Translations under genes and position numbers: made by a program
Shown: positions 26,064 through 39,470 of the stretch, one piece after another
Position numbering within the stretch: position 1 is the first letter of the stretch
How the letters are laid out: every line of letters starts with the position of its first letter
Notes under the pieces: model-generated
What the model was told of the DNA's origin: nothing
Databases searched by the model: none
The model's input: only the letters and a program-made list of their open reading frames with translations
Source of the DNA: Mobula hypostoma
Taxonomy: Eukaryota
Reading direction: 5' to 3'
Assembly (NCBI RefSeq): GCF_963921235.1
Contig: NC_086097.1
Span: 52,392,001 to 52,456,000 of the forward strand
DNA: 64,000 bases

Positions 26064-27604
26064 GTAAGTAGAATGATACTGAATTGGCAGTCTTATTATT
26101 ACCTCTTTGGGAACATTCTGTAGTTAATTTGAATAGGGAAAAAGAAACACAAGCAATCATTTCTTTTATTATATGTTGTGTATTGACTTGATAAAACCTG
26201 CCCTCTCTATCCTCCGACACTTTCTGTCACTCTCACCCCACCCTGCTCTCCCTCCACTTTCCAACTACTCCACTTACTTCCACCTCAGCATGAAGACAGA
26301 AAATCCATCACTGTGCAGTCAAACAAGTCTAAGACCAGAATGTCTTGTTTCATACTGTTTGTACCCACTTCCCTACTATAAATTGACAATGTAGATTAAC
26401 TCGTTACACGTTTGTTTTGAATTGTTTGCGGTGAATGAACTGCAAGACAGAAGGAGCAATACCTCTCAGCATCTACTGCTTAACCTTATCCTTTTGCAAC
26501 TTCCACAAAACTTGATTAATTTTTAATTTATTGTACAATTGTATTAATTATACATTCTGACATCCAAACTACTTTTGCATGGACAATCATCATGAATGTG
26601 TAATGATTTATGACTATAATCCAGCTTCTGCTCAGCAGCCTTGAGGCAATCCTGAGTTATGTTCAGGGTAATGCTCTGAATTTCTGTGGGGAAAATGTGG
26701 CAAAAGACAAACATTGTACATCGTATTTTTTTTCTAACAAGTCATTACAGTAGGTATCGATGATATTATTTTAGAGATGTCATTTAATACCTTGTAGTCA
26801 ATCAATTTGGAATCCTGTGTGGTAATGGGATTATTTTGAGGATTGTTATTTTCAGATGTATTGGCATTCTTGTTATTGTACAAGTGAGTTCATTATATTG
26901 CACTGTCTAGATATCCATGGTTCAAGCTTTGCAGCGCCTCAATCATTTCCATTTTTATGTCTTATATGTATCTTCTCTGCATCAGTTAAAGTGGCTATGC
27001 TTTTTTTTTGATTTGGGAAAAACTGAGACCAAAAAATTATTTGGTGGGTTTCACTATGTAAAATTACTAGCCCCTTTTGCAGCTATCAGATAAATTCTAC
27101 CTGGGCAGTCTCTAATCTGGTAGCATGAACATCGAATTTTCAAACTTCTGGTAATTACTCCCCTCCACACCCAACTGCCCCTTTTTTCTTTTCTCACACG
27201 TCCCAATGCAGATGAACCATTTCACCCACACACTTTCTACCGGGACCTTGCCCCATCTTCCTCCCTTCATTCCATGGTCCACTGTCCCCTCCTATCAGAT
27301 TCCACCCATCACCTCCAGCTGCTGACATCATTCCCACTCTCTCCCTCCCTCGTTTGTCTAACACCCTCTTTACCTGGGTTAACCTTTTTTATTGATTATC
27401 CATTCTCCACCTCAGATCAGGTGAAGGGCCTCGACCCTCTACATTGATTGTCCATTCCCCTCTATAGATGCTGCCTGATCGACTGAGTTCCTCCAGAACT
27501 TTGTCTGTTGTTGCAGATTCTATTTCAAGCTATATTTTGAATTTTTACCACTGATAGACATTTATATGTAACTTCTGAATTTAGATTTAATATTGATTTA
27601 ACAG

Positions 27605-27759
27605 ATGCCACTCTGAATGAAGCTGCAAGAGTCCTTCGACTGCTGCATATTGAAGAACTACGAGACCTTCAAACCAGGATTAATGAAGCTATTGTAGCTG
27701 TTCAGTCAATAATAGCAGATCCCAAAACTGACCACAGGCTGGGAAAGGTTGGAAGATGA
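27605..27759 (+). CDS. RTRAF: RTRAF last coding exon with stop codon
   Basis: aacag|ATGCC...GGAAGATGA; DATLNEAARVLRLLHIEELRDLQTRINEAIVAVQSIIADPKTDHRLGKVGR*, the conserved RTRAF C-terminus. Confidence 0.97.
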
Positions 27760-27865
27760 TCAAAAGATTAAAGTTTGACATTCTGTACAGCTTTGCAATT
27801 TTGAAACACTGTAGACACAAATAGAGGGCAAAGAACTTTGAGTCTGGATAACTTCACTAAAGTAA

Positions 27866-27871
27866 AATAAA
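27866..27871 (+). terminator. probable RTRAF polyadenylation signal AATAAA
   Basis: First AATAAA, about 107 nt after the stop; ATTAAA variants follow at 27873 and 27888. Confidence 0.6.
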
Positions 27872-27900
27872 TATTAAAATATCAGAAATTAAAAGATGAC

Positions 27901-27906
27901 TTTATT
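27901..27906 (-). terminator. candidate NID2 polyadenylation signal (AATAAA on the minus strand)
   Basis: TTTATT on +, at the far end of a ~2.2-kb repeat-free AT-rich stretch downstream of the NID2 stop; alternatives at 28044 and 28144. Confidence 0.4.
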
Positions 27907-30089
27907 GTCAAGTTGGAACAAAGTACAAGAGTGTGCATACAATAATTTTGTCTACTTTTAATCACATTTTAGATGGTATATACACTTTACAAAAGGAAAT
28001 GGACAAAAGTATAAAATTAAACTGTTTAGATTCTGTCAATTATTTTATTCCTTTACAAGAAAAATAATTTGCATGGAACAACAGTAAATCTTATACTCTA
28101 GCATGAAACAAATACAAAATAATACAGATTTTTAAAGAACAGATTTATTTAATCAAATATTTACTGGTGCATAAATCATCTGAGAATATGTACTAATCAA
28201 CATAATAGCTCACAGTGAATACTACAGCTAGAATGGCTTAATTTATTTTTCAGTGATAAACAGTATATTGATCATTTGAGAATTGCTTTTTCCATTAGAG
28301 AATTTGTTTGAATTTCAAATGGAGGGATAGCCTAATGTTTCTAAAAAGAAAATCAATGCTGCTTGTGTAGAAGGAATCATTACTTTTCAATCCTCTTGTC
28401 CACTTTCATCTGGGTAGCTTTTCAATTGCTTGTAGAGGCATGGTAGCAGGCATTAACCTGCCATGTTTATATGCTGTAACAGTATGATTGTGGTGCTTCC
28501 AAGAATTATTCAAAGTTAGAATAATTTGAAGAAACATATTTTCTGATTCTGTGAAAAATCTGCCTAGTGCCAGGCTATGATTAATAAGTTTAAAGCACAA
28601 TTCTTATCTAAAAGGCTACAATAGCTTGGGGAACAGACCTCCTTTATTTTGCAGCAATATAATTTTTATAAATCAGGTTAACTACTAATAGCATTTACAT
28701 TAACCTAACGATACTGACTTTAGCTCAATTCCATAAAGTTCAAAATGTAAATTGAAGAGATCATAGAATTTCCTGGAAAAATCTTAAGAGGTAAGCATAT
28801 TCTTCAAACTTCTTGAATTTTATATGAATAATCATTGTAGATTTGCAATAATACTCATTAAAAATAAGTCCAATCCCATTTGCACCTATGAGGTTAGCTG
28901 CTTTAACAAACTATTTGGATCCAATCTTTCAAATGTACCCCCTTCATCTTAATGATAAAGAAAAAGTTAATATCAAGCTTCCTTCCATGCTATTTTGATT
29001 TTAATCCACATCTCCTGCTCTTTCAACTATGCAATTGTCTGAATTCCAGTACAAAAATATGTTCTAAGAGATTGCTCTTCTGGGCTTCTCATCACATTAA
29101 TTTAATTGTAAAATCATTGGATATATTTAATACAACTCCTTGATATCTCCTAGTAACATAAATACTGCATATTACTAAACCATAAAAATTTTTGATCACC
29201 AAAAATGAACTATCTAACTGCCAGAAAAAATATTTGTTTCCCTTTATTAAATAACCTAATTTTTTTAAAGCAACCATAGTTGGAAAACCTCTCCAACTAT
29301 TGGGAACACTTTGTAAGGACTTGGTGTCAAGTGGAAAAGAATTTTGATAAGTTTTTTTCCATTTTGATCTTCCTTTGAAGGAATTATTAAACTATTCAGG
29401 TTTCTCTTTGAACATATGCAAAATTGTTGATGTGCATTTCACAAAAATCCAGTTGCTGCTTTGTTTCAGATTGCTGCCTATTAGCACCCTTTCTAGTAAA
29501 TTTTATCAAGTATTGGTTAGGTAAGAATATGTACAATAATCTGCAACTTTTTTTGTGCTTTTTGTTATCAAAAATGCTGTATTCAAAGAACTAAAAATCT
29601 CTAAATTTGACCAGGCCAATAATTATTTGGCACCTGGCTAATAAACTGATAATTATTGTCCCCCTTAGATGTCAAGATTTAGAAAGATGGTTAGACTTCA
29701 GGTGGTTAGCATAATACAGAAATGCTATAATTGAAAAGAAAAAGAATTTGTAACCTTAGAAAAATATTACTTCCCTTAAAGCCTCTACAGCTTAAAGTTA
29801 CTGTGTTCTTATAATTTCAAAATTAGAGGCCTCGTACGCTGGTATTTATACTAGGCAGTGATTGTCTAAAATTTAACAGTCAGTATGGTAGTGGTTTTCT
29901 TTTAAGTAATGAGGTATGAAAATTAACAAAACTAGTTATTCTGTAATACATTTTAGTTCTCTTACTTAATGGGGGTTGGGGGGTGGTGAGGGGTAACGGA
30001 GTTCACTTCTGTCTGCAGCACCCTGGTCCAAATAGTCTTCCCTCCATATGTAGAATGATGAAATACTGTCGCCATTATCAGTAGAGACA

Positions 30090-30100
30090 TTATTTTCTTC
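30090..30100 (-). CDS. NID2: NID2 terminal coding exon (G-R-K-stop)
   Basis: Minus strand ctgggcag|GA AGA AAA TAA completes ...CPY-G-R-K*, matching the recalled human ending CPTGRK*; the acceptor pyrimidine tract is weak. Confidence 0.75.
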
Positions 30101-30704
30101 CTGCCCAGAAATATTTTCATAAAGTACCGATAAATGTTTTGACAAAGCAATGTCACTTTGAGAAATAAATAGACTTCATTATAAAATTCACTGAACCTTC
30201 TAGGATGTTTGGTAGCATTGATTTTACAGCCTTCAGGAATGCTTACTAATAGATAGTTAACTATCTCTATAAACATGGGTATTGTCCTTTCCTGATGTTG
30301 ATTACTGTCAGCCACCTGGTGATTGTATCCTCCAATATTGCCATCAAACACACTGGAGCTGATTACATTTACTAATTTTAAACACTACAAATATGTTTAT
30401 GTTGTGTATAGTGTACAAGCTATTAAGGTAGGAATTGAAATACAAAAACCTAGAAACTACATTAAAGAACAATTTCTAAAGTTGATAAAGGTAAATTAAA
30501 GTTAGATATAGGAGATGGCAATAAAACTATCAAACACATTGAAACTGCTCAGAACTTGAACAGTTGAAGATTCAGTATTACCAGAATTGTATATTATGGA
30601 CTGAAAAGCAATAGGAACTACTTTTAGAACAAAGTTCATGCTGTAGTACTGCACTGAATAGATTTACTTTTTCTTAGCAAGAAGCTTTATGTTTTTATTC
30701 TTAC

Positions 30705-30817
30705 CATATGGACAACGAGGGTAAGCAACAGTTATTCCATATAGATGTGATCTCTGATCGGGTAGGTACTCATCAGTCATCTGGCTGCCATCTTTAGGCA
30801 CAACAATAATTCCATCT
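30705..30817 (-). CDS. NID2: NID2 exon, end of G3 domain
   Basis: ttttcag|A...G|gtaag; [37 protein letters not shown]. Confidence 0.95.
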
Positions 30818-31052
30818 CTGAAAAATCACGAAGTTAGAGTAACAAATTATGCCCCTGCTGAAATGAAGGATCAAGTCTGGCTTCTTTAGTATCCAAAGAA
30901 TACTGCCCATGTTGATCTATTCAAATAGTTTAAATTAGCAATCCTTTATGAATCTACTTTTGTAAAACACTGGAGCAGGAGAGCTCCTTGGCTTCAGTTC
31001 CCTTTTCACAGATTACTTCCCTCACCCAGCACATTGCTGCTCTGTTCAGAAC

Positions 31053-31805
31053 AACACACACAAAATACTAGAGGAACTCAGCAGGTCAGGCAGCACCTAT
31101 GGAAATGAATCAACAGCCCCTTCAGGACTGAAAAGGGAATGGGGAGGGGAAAGAACAGTTAAAGGTGATGAAGCCAGGTGGGTGGGAAATGTAATGGGCT
31201 GGAGAAGAAGGAATCTGATAGGAGAGGAGAGTGGACCAGAGGAGAAAGGGAAGTGATGGGCAGAGATGCTCAGCGAAGTTGTTCCCCATTTATAATGTGT
31301 CTCACCAGTATAGAAGGCATATTGGGTGCACTGGACACAATAGACAACCCTAGCAGATTCACGGGTGAAGTGTTCCCTCACTTGTTTGGGGCCCAGAATG
31401 GAGGTGAATGGGCAGGTGTGGCATTTCAGCCATCTGCAGGGATATATGTTGGGAGGGAGATTAGTGGAGAGGGGAACATGGAAGGAGCAATCCCTATGGA
31501 AAATGGGAAGGGTGCTGATGTAACAATACGGAGGTGGTGGATGCTGAGGATGATGTGTTGGATGTGGAGGCTCATGGGGGTGATAGGTCCTCTATCACTG
31601 ATAAGGTAGCGGGAAAGTGGTGTGAGCACGGATGTTCGGGAAATAGAGGAGATGTGGGTGAGGGCAGCGTCGATAGTGGAGGAAGGGAAACCCCATTCTT
31701 TGGAAGAGAAGGATATTTCTGATTTTCTGGATAGGGAAGCTGTGGTGGTACTTTGTATGTGTTGCTTTGGATTCCCAGCATCGGCAGACTTTCCTCGTGT
31801 TTATG
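31053..31805 (-). mobile_element. Penelope-like element remnant with GIY-YIG endonuclease
   Basis: FTRESARVVYCVQCTQYAFYTGET is a GIY-YIG-type VxYC..C..YxGET motif; short inverted terminal piece at ~31755-31802. Confidence 0.75.
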
Positions 31806-32651
31806 CTATGTTCAAAAGTTGAACCCAATCACTTCTTTCTCAGTAAGCTTCAGAATGTGGTTTAGAACATTCTCCTGAGCTCCTATTTCACCATCTCTAA
31901 TCAGCTAATCACAAACCATCCTTGCCTTCCGAGGAGTAATCTGCTAAGTATGCCCATTTAAGCACGCGCAGGACATTAAAACTGGATTAAACTTTCTCAC
32001 ATCAATATTTTGAAACTCCTGCCCCTGAAGCATAGCAGCTGCAAATTACATGGGAACAAGTATGTTCTCCCTTTACGTATCACGAATGGAACTCTCAACA
32101 GCACATGGAAACCCTTACGGTCTGCAACTGTTTAAAGGCAACATCCAATCCTGGGGAAGTGGTCTGGAATTTTCTTTAAATGAAGTTTTTGTCAGAGATG
32201 TATGTACCCCTTGATGAATTTTAAAAACTAAACGTTGGATGTTCCTCACTAAGGCAAAGTAGCACAGTCAATGTCTGCCATTTGGCACCACTTGAAATGC
32301 CCAATGATCCTTGTGTATGTATGTGTATTATATACACACCCAAAAAAACACATGATCTGTATCAAATTTTCCTTATGTGCATCACATAAGTTGCACAATC
32401 ACATTTGGCAGAGTTTTTAAAAAGAATTATGTAGCACACAAAATGTATGACAGTACATGAGAGTTCCTAGTTCAGTGACTGTTAATTGCTCAGGATATCA
32501 CTATTGATTAAATAAACCAATCTTCACAGTGAATTTGTTGTTTAAAATAGTACTCTGTTTTTGGATCTGACAAATATCCACAACATATTAAAACCATGGC
32601 TTTATATTCAAATCAATAATTCCAGCAAGTGTGTGTGTTCTTTTTACTCAC

Positions 32652-32775
32652 CTTCTCCAGTCTGTGTAGTAAAAATGGTTTGAGTAGGCAACAATACTGA
32701 AAGGATAGTTTAGACCACTCTGCACTACTCGTCTTCCTGTCCCATCTGGAAATATGCACTCCAGATCTTTGGTTC
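32652..32775 (-). CDS. NID2: NID2 exon, LY/YWTD repeat
   Basis: aag|GA...AG|gtgagt; [42 protein letters not shown]. Confidence 0.95.
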
Positions 32776-32909
32776 CTTTTCATCATAAAGATACAAGACA
32801 TTTTTATACTTCCAGCAGCAAATTTCAGAAATGGAAATAACTAATTTTAAGACATAGCTGTAGAATAAAATAGCATATTTTCCTTTTAAAACCAACTTAT
32901 TAAACTTAC

Positions 32910-33067
32910 CAGCATCAGCCCAGCAGAGTTGTGAGGAAAATGGGTCAAATGTCAACCCATTGGGCAACCCAATATCATTTTTAACTAATATCCTTCTATT
33001 AGTTCCATCTAAGTGAGAAGTTTCAATTTTAGGAGCTTCACGATTCCAGTCTGTCCAGTAAAGGTTA
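32910..33067 (-). CDS. NID2: NID2 exon, LY/YWTD repeat
   Basis: ttgcag|T...G|gtaag; [52 protein letters not shown]. Confidence 0.96.
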
Positions 33068-33592
33068 CTGCAAAGAAACCAGAGGTGCGTTAAGATTTAA
33101 TACAAACCAGTCAGTCCAAGTATCTAATCTAAAAACAGTAAGACCCTATCATTTAGCGTTTATAAAACCAACCATTATCTTCTGAGGTTATCTTAAAAGG
33201 AAACATTTGTTAGCCCCAGGGGTTGTGTAATTCCATTGGAACATTGGTGGAATGAGCATTCTTTGCAGATCAGCACACTGGAATGTAAATGCTCTTAATC
33301 CTAAAAACAGGATTTTACATTATAATATTGAGTGTATTAACAGCTGTACAACATGTTACCAAATCATATAATTTAGATGGCTATCATATATTAAAACATT
33401 TTGTAGAAATGCTGCTGTTTGCTTGACAAATTTTAAAGGTGTAATCAGAATATCTATACAGTATAGGTTTCACATGCATGCCTATCTGGAAATTAAACAT
33501 TCCAAGTATTTTTTCCCAAAACTTTCTGAAAAATGAAACTCAAGAAGCTAAAGTTAAATCTGTAAACATTTAGAGCTTCAGGTGAAACCTAC

Positions 33593-33764
33593 CCACTATG
33601 AGAGTCCACTACAATTGCTCTGGGATTTACCAGATCAGTATCAACAAGAACTCGCCGTTTGGACCCATCGATTGCAGCTGTTTCTATTTTATCTAATCCA
33701 CTATCGGTCCAAAACAGATTTCTGCGGATGTAGTCTATGGTTAGTCCTTCAGGACTAGTCAGTC
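33593..33764 (-). CDS. NID2: NID2 exon, LY/YWTD repeat
   Basis: ttttag|GA...GG|gtagg; [58 protein letters not shown]. Confidence 0.96.
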
Positions 33765-34759
33765 CTAAAATGGAAGCAGAAGTAAAAGGAAGTATAAAAC
33801 ATTTAATATGTACCCTATCGTTTAGAAACTGTTAATATATTTTCTTCCATCATAGTACGGGCATCTCCGCCAAACACAGACTTGCCTACTAGAGGAGACA
33901 TCACAGTTATTTTTTCACCTTTTTTTCCCCACCAGCCAGAGTTTTAACCAGTCTTTTCAGGCAACAGACTGATTCATTTGCACTTCTTCCTTTTCGATAT
34001 ACAGCATTTGCTTTTCACAACGTGCCCTTCACCTTTTTGGGATAGTTCACAAGAATGACACTGAGCTTGCCTGCCATATTAATCCCCTATTCCACTCCAG
34101 TTCTGGTCTCTGCCTTTGCCTTCTGCCACTGTTCCAATGAAGTTCAACTAATTTCAGTAGGAAGATTGAAAGATTTGTTACTGAGATAAGAGGATCAGCA
34201 ATGTCCATATTGAACAGAAAATCACACTGAAAGGCTCTACTGCCATTCCTATTCTCTGCTTCTACAGAAGCTCTTATATATTAATCTCATGTTGTCCCTG
34301 TAGATCACTACATTTCTGGAACAATGAACTTGCTGTACAAGTTTCACATTTTAGAGCAATAATTCTAAATTAAAATTAATGCAAAAGAAAACAATTTTCT
34401 CTCCTGTTCTCAAGACAGTGAATCAAGTTGGCTAAAATTCCACATTGCTGGACAGTTGTCCAGTTTTTCTAACAATTTGGACATTCTCCATGTCTGGACT
34501 TAGCAAACCAAAACCATCCTGGGTCTGATTGTGTTTGCTTCTTGTGCACATACTTCAGCAGAGCACACAGAGACTGGTGATCAGGATGGGGATTGGAAGG
34601 CAACTTTTTTATCTGTCAATCTATGTACTTGTGGTATCCTCCCTCTTTGCGGAGGGAACTACTCCGGCCCCAATAGTGAATTCAGTACAAATGTGTTTAC
34701 AGAGCTGGGAAAATGTAGTTCAGAGTGGGATAAATTAGTGCACTATTGAACATTTAAAG

Positions 34760-35100
34760 ACATGTGAGGACTTGATAGGGTGGATGTGCAGAGGATCCAG
34801 AACTAGAGGGCACAGCCTCAAAATTGGGCAACCCTTTAGAACAGAGGTATGGAGGAATTTTTTTAGCCAGAGAGTAGTTAATCTGTGGAATGCTCTGTTA
34901 TAGACTGGTGGAGGCCAAGTCAGTAGGTTTATTTAAGGCGGAAGTTGATTGTTGCCTGATCGGTCAGGGCATTGTGGTCAAGGATATGGTGAGAAGGCAG
35001 ATGTATAGGGTTGAGTGAGATCCGGGATCAGCCATGATGGAATGGTGGAACAGACTTGACAGGCTTAGTGGCCTAATTCTGCTCCTATGCTTATAGTCAT
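34760..35100 (+). mobile_element. CR1 3' end fragment
   Basis: agggcacagcctcaaaatt...ttagccagagagtagttaatctgtggaatg...ggcctaattctgctcctatg. Confidence 0.75.
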
Positions 35101-35377
35101 GTATATTTCAATATATGTAGCTACCATTAGTGGAGATGCAGCATGGAAGGATGACCAAAACAATTAAATATTTAATACTCTACTAGATGTCTTAACTCTT
35201 CAAGAAATATTAATACCCCTGAAGATAACTAATGTTCATTATGCCTATTAAAGGATAATTCTTAATGTCAAGTTTCTTTAAAAATCCTATAGCAGTTTCT
35301 CTCTCACAATCAGGATTTTGTATTTACCTAATACAAAAGCACAATGATTTTCATAACCAGAACTACTGAGAACTAAC

Positions 35378-35507
35378 CTGTATTAATGATTATTTCTGGC
35401 TCTGCACCAGGTTCCAAACTAACTCGATTGATAGTTCGGCCTGCAACATCAGTCCAATAAACCATCTTATCCCTGCAGTCATAATCAATACCAATAATAA
35501 TTGAACC
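35378..35507 (-). CDS. NID2: NID2 exon, LY/YWTD repeat
   Basis: ttccaag|GGT...ACAG|gttag; [43 protein letters not shown]. Confidence 0.95.
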
Positions 35508-36061
35508 CTTGGAAAGGAAAAATAAACCAAAAAAGGTTAATCATCTCATAGACCAGTAGCTGGTAAATTAACATAAATAAACTTATTCTGGACAAACTTG
35601 CAGATCTGTAAGGAACTAGAGAATCTCACATCAATGGTAGTTTGCAATAAACAACAAACTGAACATCATCAATGGAACCTACAAGTTAATGTGTGGCTGC
35701 TGCCACTTTCTTTCCAGGTATGCATCCGTGTCCTTACCAGAGTTTTTCCCACTTAGTTTACTGATGTCCAGTTATAAAAGATAAAAGAGTAGTTAAAATA
35801 TCAAATACATAGAGGTAATGATTCATTGCATTTAAAAACAAGGGGAAAAATTGCAGCAGTTATATAACATGAACTTTCATCCGCTCAGTTTATCGTTAGT
35901 GGTTGCCTGCACCTATCAACAATTCCTTTCAGTTTCCTTTGGACTGACGGCAAGGGAATTGGGGGAAGGGAGAGAGACAGACAGAGAGGAGTGGGGAGGG
36001 AAGAGGCAGCAAGAGAGGCAAATTGTGCTGAAATAAAGAACTACAGCATGGCAAGGCTAAT

Positions 36062-36320
36062 AGACCCACTGCCTCACAGCACCAGAGGCCCACTTTCAAT
36101 CACAGCCCTGGTGGAGTTTGTATATACTCTTAAGAACACGGGTTTCCTCAGTGTCCTTAGGCTTCCTCCCACATCCCCAAAGACGTGCAGGTCGCTAAGT
36201 TGCTTAACTACTGCAAATTGCCTTTTGTGTGTGCAGAATCGGGGAGCTGATGAGAATGGGAAAATGTAAGTAAGTGTTTGATGGTCTGCACAGGCTTGGT
36301 AGGTCAAAAGGACCGTTAAA
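36062..36320 (+). mobile_element. V-SINE copy (older)
   Basis: gggtttcctcagtgtccttaggcttcctcccacatccccaaagacgtgcagg V-domain. Confidence 0.65.
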
Positions 36321-36776
36321 AGTCGATGACTCTAGACAAAATATATAGAAAGCCATTCGGCCCCTTCAGCCTACCTCACCATTCAGTGAAATTGTACATG
36401 ATCCTGTACCTCAAACCCATTTTCCCAGCTACTGTCCAAATCTTCTTCGTCCAAACAGCTAATGATTAGTAGTGAATGGGATAGATTAGTTTACTCTGAA
36501 ACTGGTAACAGAATCAATGGGCCAAACATCTTCCTTTCAAAAGTGTAAAGAAATGTGAAAAGAGTGTAATTCCAGCCTTAACAAAAAACTTACAAGTCCT
36601 GCAGTTACAAATATTTCCAGTCCCAGTGCTTGGTCTGATTTCTTAATAAACTTAATTGGAAATTATGAACTATTTATACTTATCGTAGAGTGGGAAAAGT
36701 CACACTCCACTTTCCTCTCTCCCATGGGCAAAGGAGCTATATACTAATGGAGACACTTAAAAAGTAGATACTTTAC

Positions 36777-36946
36777 ATGAAGAGCTAACAGGCTCTTGGC
36801 TTCCTCTGTGTTTAGCCGAGTACCATTCAGGGGCAGGTACCCAATGTGCTGTCCCTGAGCATACAAAAGGAAAACCCCTCTGGGTGGTGCAGTCAGAACA
36901 GATGCTGTAGTTGGCTGAGTGGTGGGAGGTGCAACAGTTGGTATAC
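36777..36946 (-). CDS. NID2: NID2 exon, Pro/Thr linker and start of G3
   Basis: actag|GT...CAT|gtaaag; (C)[56 protein letters not shown]. Confidence 0.95.
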
Positions 36947-37441
36947 CTAGTAAATACAGAAACAAGGTGTAAACTTGTGTTTGTAAAAGCACCATGGTTG
37001 TAATACAATTTCATTCAAAGACAATTCGCAAGAATCATTATATTTTTATATATGTATATTATTTTTAGTATAGAACATTTTCGACATTTGTGAGCCTTGG
37101 CTCAGTTCGCAGCCCTCTCATCTAAAGACTGTTAAAGAAGTTCTGTGACTTCAGCAAAAAGCTTAGGACACTATTTTAATAAAATTCTCAGGGAGCATTG
37201 CCATCCAAGGTGTCATTCTTTGGATGCAAGATGCATCACATCATTCAAAGAGTAAGCTGTGCAAGGGTCCTGGTCTCATGCAAACCATCATGACCAAAAC
37301 CAATTACTTGGTCATTATTTGTTGCTGCTTGCAGACAAAGTAAGACAAAGTGGCTGTTGTCTACAGCTGACTATAATTCAAAAGAATACTTAATGAATTT
37401 CATTTCATTTTGGAATTCCTTAAGCTGTGGAAGGCACTACC

Positions 37442-38998
37442 CAGGTGCCCCCGCTTTTCGAACATTCACTTTACGAAACCTCACTGTTACGGAAGACCGA
37501 TATTAGTACCCTGTTTTCGCTTTCAGAAGGTGTTTTCACTGTTACGAAAAAAAAATTCAGCGTGCGAAAAAAGCAGCGCACGATAAAAGGCAGAGCGCGC
37601 CCCGAGCAGCCGCTCTCCCCTGGATTGGGAACTGCTTTGCTTTAACACGTGCCTGTGAGCAGCCGTTTGCAAGATGAGTTCTATGGTATCGGAAAAGCCT
37701 GAAAGAGCTCGTAAGGGTGCTACACTTACGGTAAAACTAGACATAATTAAGCGTTTTGATCGTGGTGAACGAAGTAAGGTCAACGTGAGTTTGGCTTGTG
37801 GAAGGTGACGAACATGATGTTGAAGAGGTTTTGGCATCCCATGACCAAGAACTGACAGATGAAGAGCTGATGCAATTGGAAGAAAAAAGGATAACAATCG
37901 AAACCGAATGAGTAATGATAAAGTACGACTTTAATTTTGAAAGGGTACGTCGGTTTAGGGGATATTTGCAGGATGGTTTGAGTCCTTATTAAAGAACTGT
38001 GAGATAGAAAAATGTGCAAGGCTCAGCAGTCAAGCAAGCCTTCCACCTCAGCCACAGCAGACGACGAACCTCGACCTTCGACATCGAGGCGGGCAGAGAT
38101 AGAAGAAGATGAGCTGCCTGCTCTAATGGAAACAGACGATGAGATGACACCCCAGTGTCCCACCACCCCAACCCCCAGGCCACAGACAGATACCGATTCG
38201 CGGAGAATGCAAAGGTAGCCGGGAGACACACAGCATATCTTTAAGAAAAAAGCCGAAATAAACATGCTAATTAATTAGGTGCCACCGACCACGTAATTGT
38301 CGGCCCAGATCAGAGACGACGCAATCAGAAATCGGCACTGATCTGGGCCGACAATTACATGTCGGCGGCACCTACTTAATTAGCATGTTTGTTTCGGCCT
38401 TTTTCTTAAAGATGTGCTGTGTACCTCCCGGCTACCGTTAGACCCCTGTGTTCTTCGCGGCAATGTATCGGTTCGCAGCCCAGAGGGTGGGGGCCACTGC
38501 ACCAGCCAACCTGCAACGACTCAGTCTAACACACCATCATGTGTGCTCTGCGCTGTCTTCCCAATTCCAGTAAGTGATACTACACTGTACATACATTATT
38601 TCTACTTTATATCGGCTGTGTATTTTTACGTGGTATGATCTGGCAGCTTCATTGCTTAAAGGTTACTGGAGAGCACTTGCATGAGATTTTCTGCCAACGG
38701 CGCTTGCATGCGATTTTCGCTATGGAGAGCAGTGCAGTAATGATTGTGGAAAAGAATTTCTACTTTATCTAGGCTGTGTACCTGTATTTATCATATCATT
38801 CCTGCTTTTACTATGTGTTAGTGTTATTTTAGGTTTTATGTGTTGTTTGGCATGATTTGGTAGGTTATTTTTGGGTCTGCGAACGCTCACAAAATTTTCC
38901 CATATAAATAAATGGTAATTGCTTCTTTGCTTTACGACATTCCGGCTTACGAACTGTTTCATAGGAATGCTCTACATTCGGATGGCGGGGGAAACCTG
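37442..38998 (+). mobile_element. Internally deleted Tigger/pogo-family DNA transposon with a long internal palindrome
   Basis: TIRs caggtgcccccgcttttcgaac and ttcggatggcgggggaaacctg|TA; MSSMVSEKPERARKGATLTVKLDIIKRFDRGE (CENP-B/psq-type HTH start) at ~37674; DDE core deleted. Confidence 0.85.
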
Positions 38999-39094
38999 TA
39001 TCTGAATGCAGATTCTTTCCTCCAAGAATAAAGTACCCTGATTTCACATTCTGAAAAGCTCATATTAAAACCTTTACCAGATATCACTTTCCAT

Positions 39095-39470
39095 TATAAG
39101 ACCATAAGATGTAGGAGCAGAATTAGGGCATTTGGCCCATCAAGTCTGCTGTGCCATTTCATTGTGATTGATCCAATTTCCCTCTCAGCCCCAATCTCCT
39201 GCCTTCTCCCCATATCCCTTCATGCCCTAACCAATCAAGAATCTATCAACCTCTGCCCGAAATATACATAAAGACTTGGTGTCCACAGCCACCTGTGACA
39301 AAGAATTCTACAGATACACCACTCTCTGGCTAAATAAATTCCTCCTCATCTCTGTTGTAAAAGGACGCGTCTCTATTCTGAGGCTGTGTCCTCTGGTCTT
39401 ATGCCCCCACCACAGGAAACATCGTCTCTACATCCACTCTATTAAGGCCTTTCACCATATGATAGGTTCA
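39095..39470 (-). mobile_element. CR1 3' end fragment
   Basis: ataagaccataagatgtaggagcagaattagg tail on the reverse strand. Confidence 0.75.

Noticed and set aside
29760..29780. Alternative NID2 last exon (aag|GGAAGTAA, G-K-stop)
   Set aside because: The site at 30090-30100 is closer and gives GRK*, matching the recalled mammalian C-terminus.
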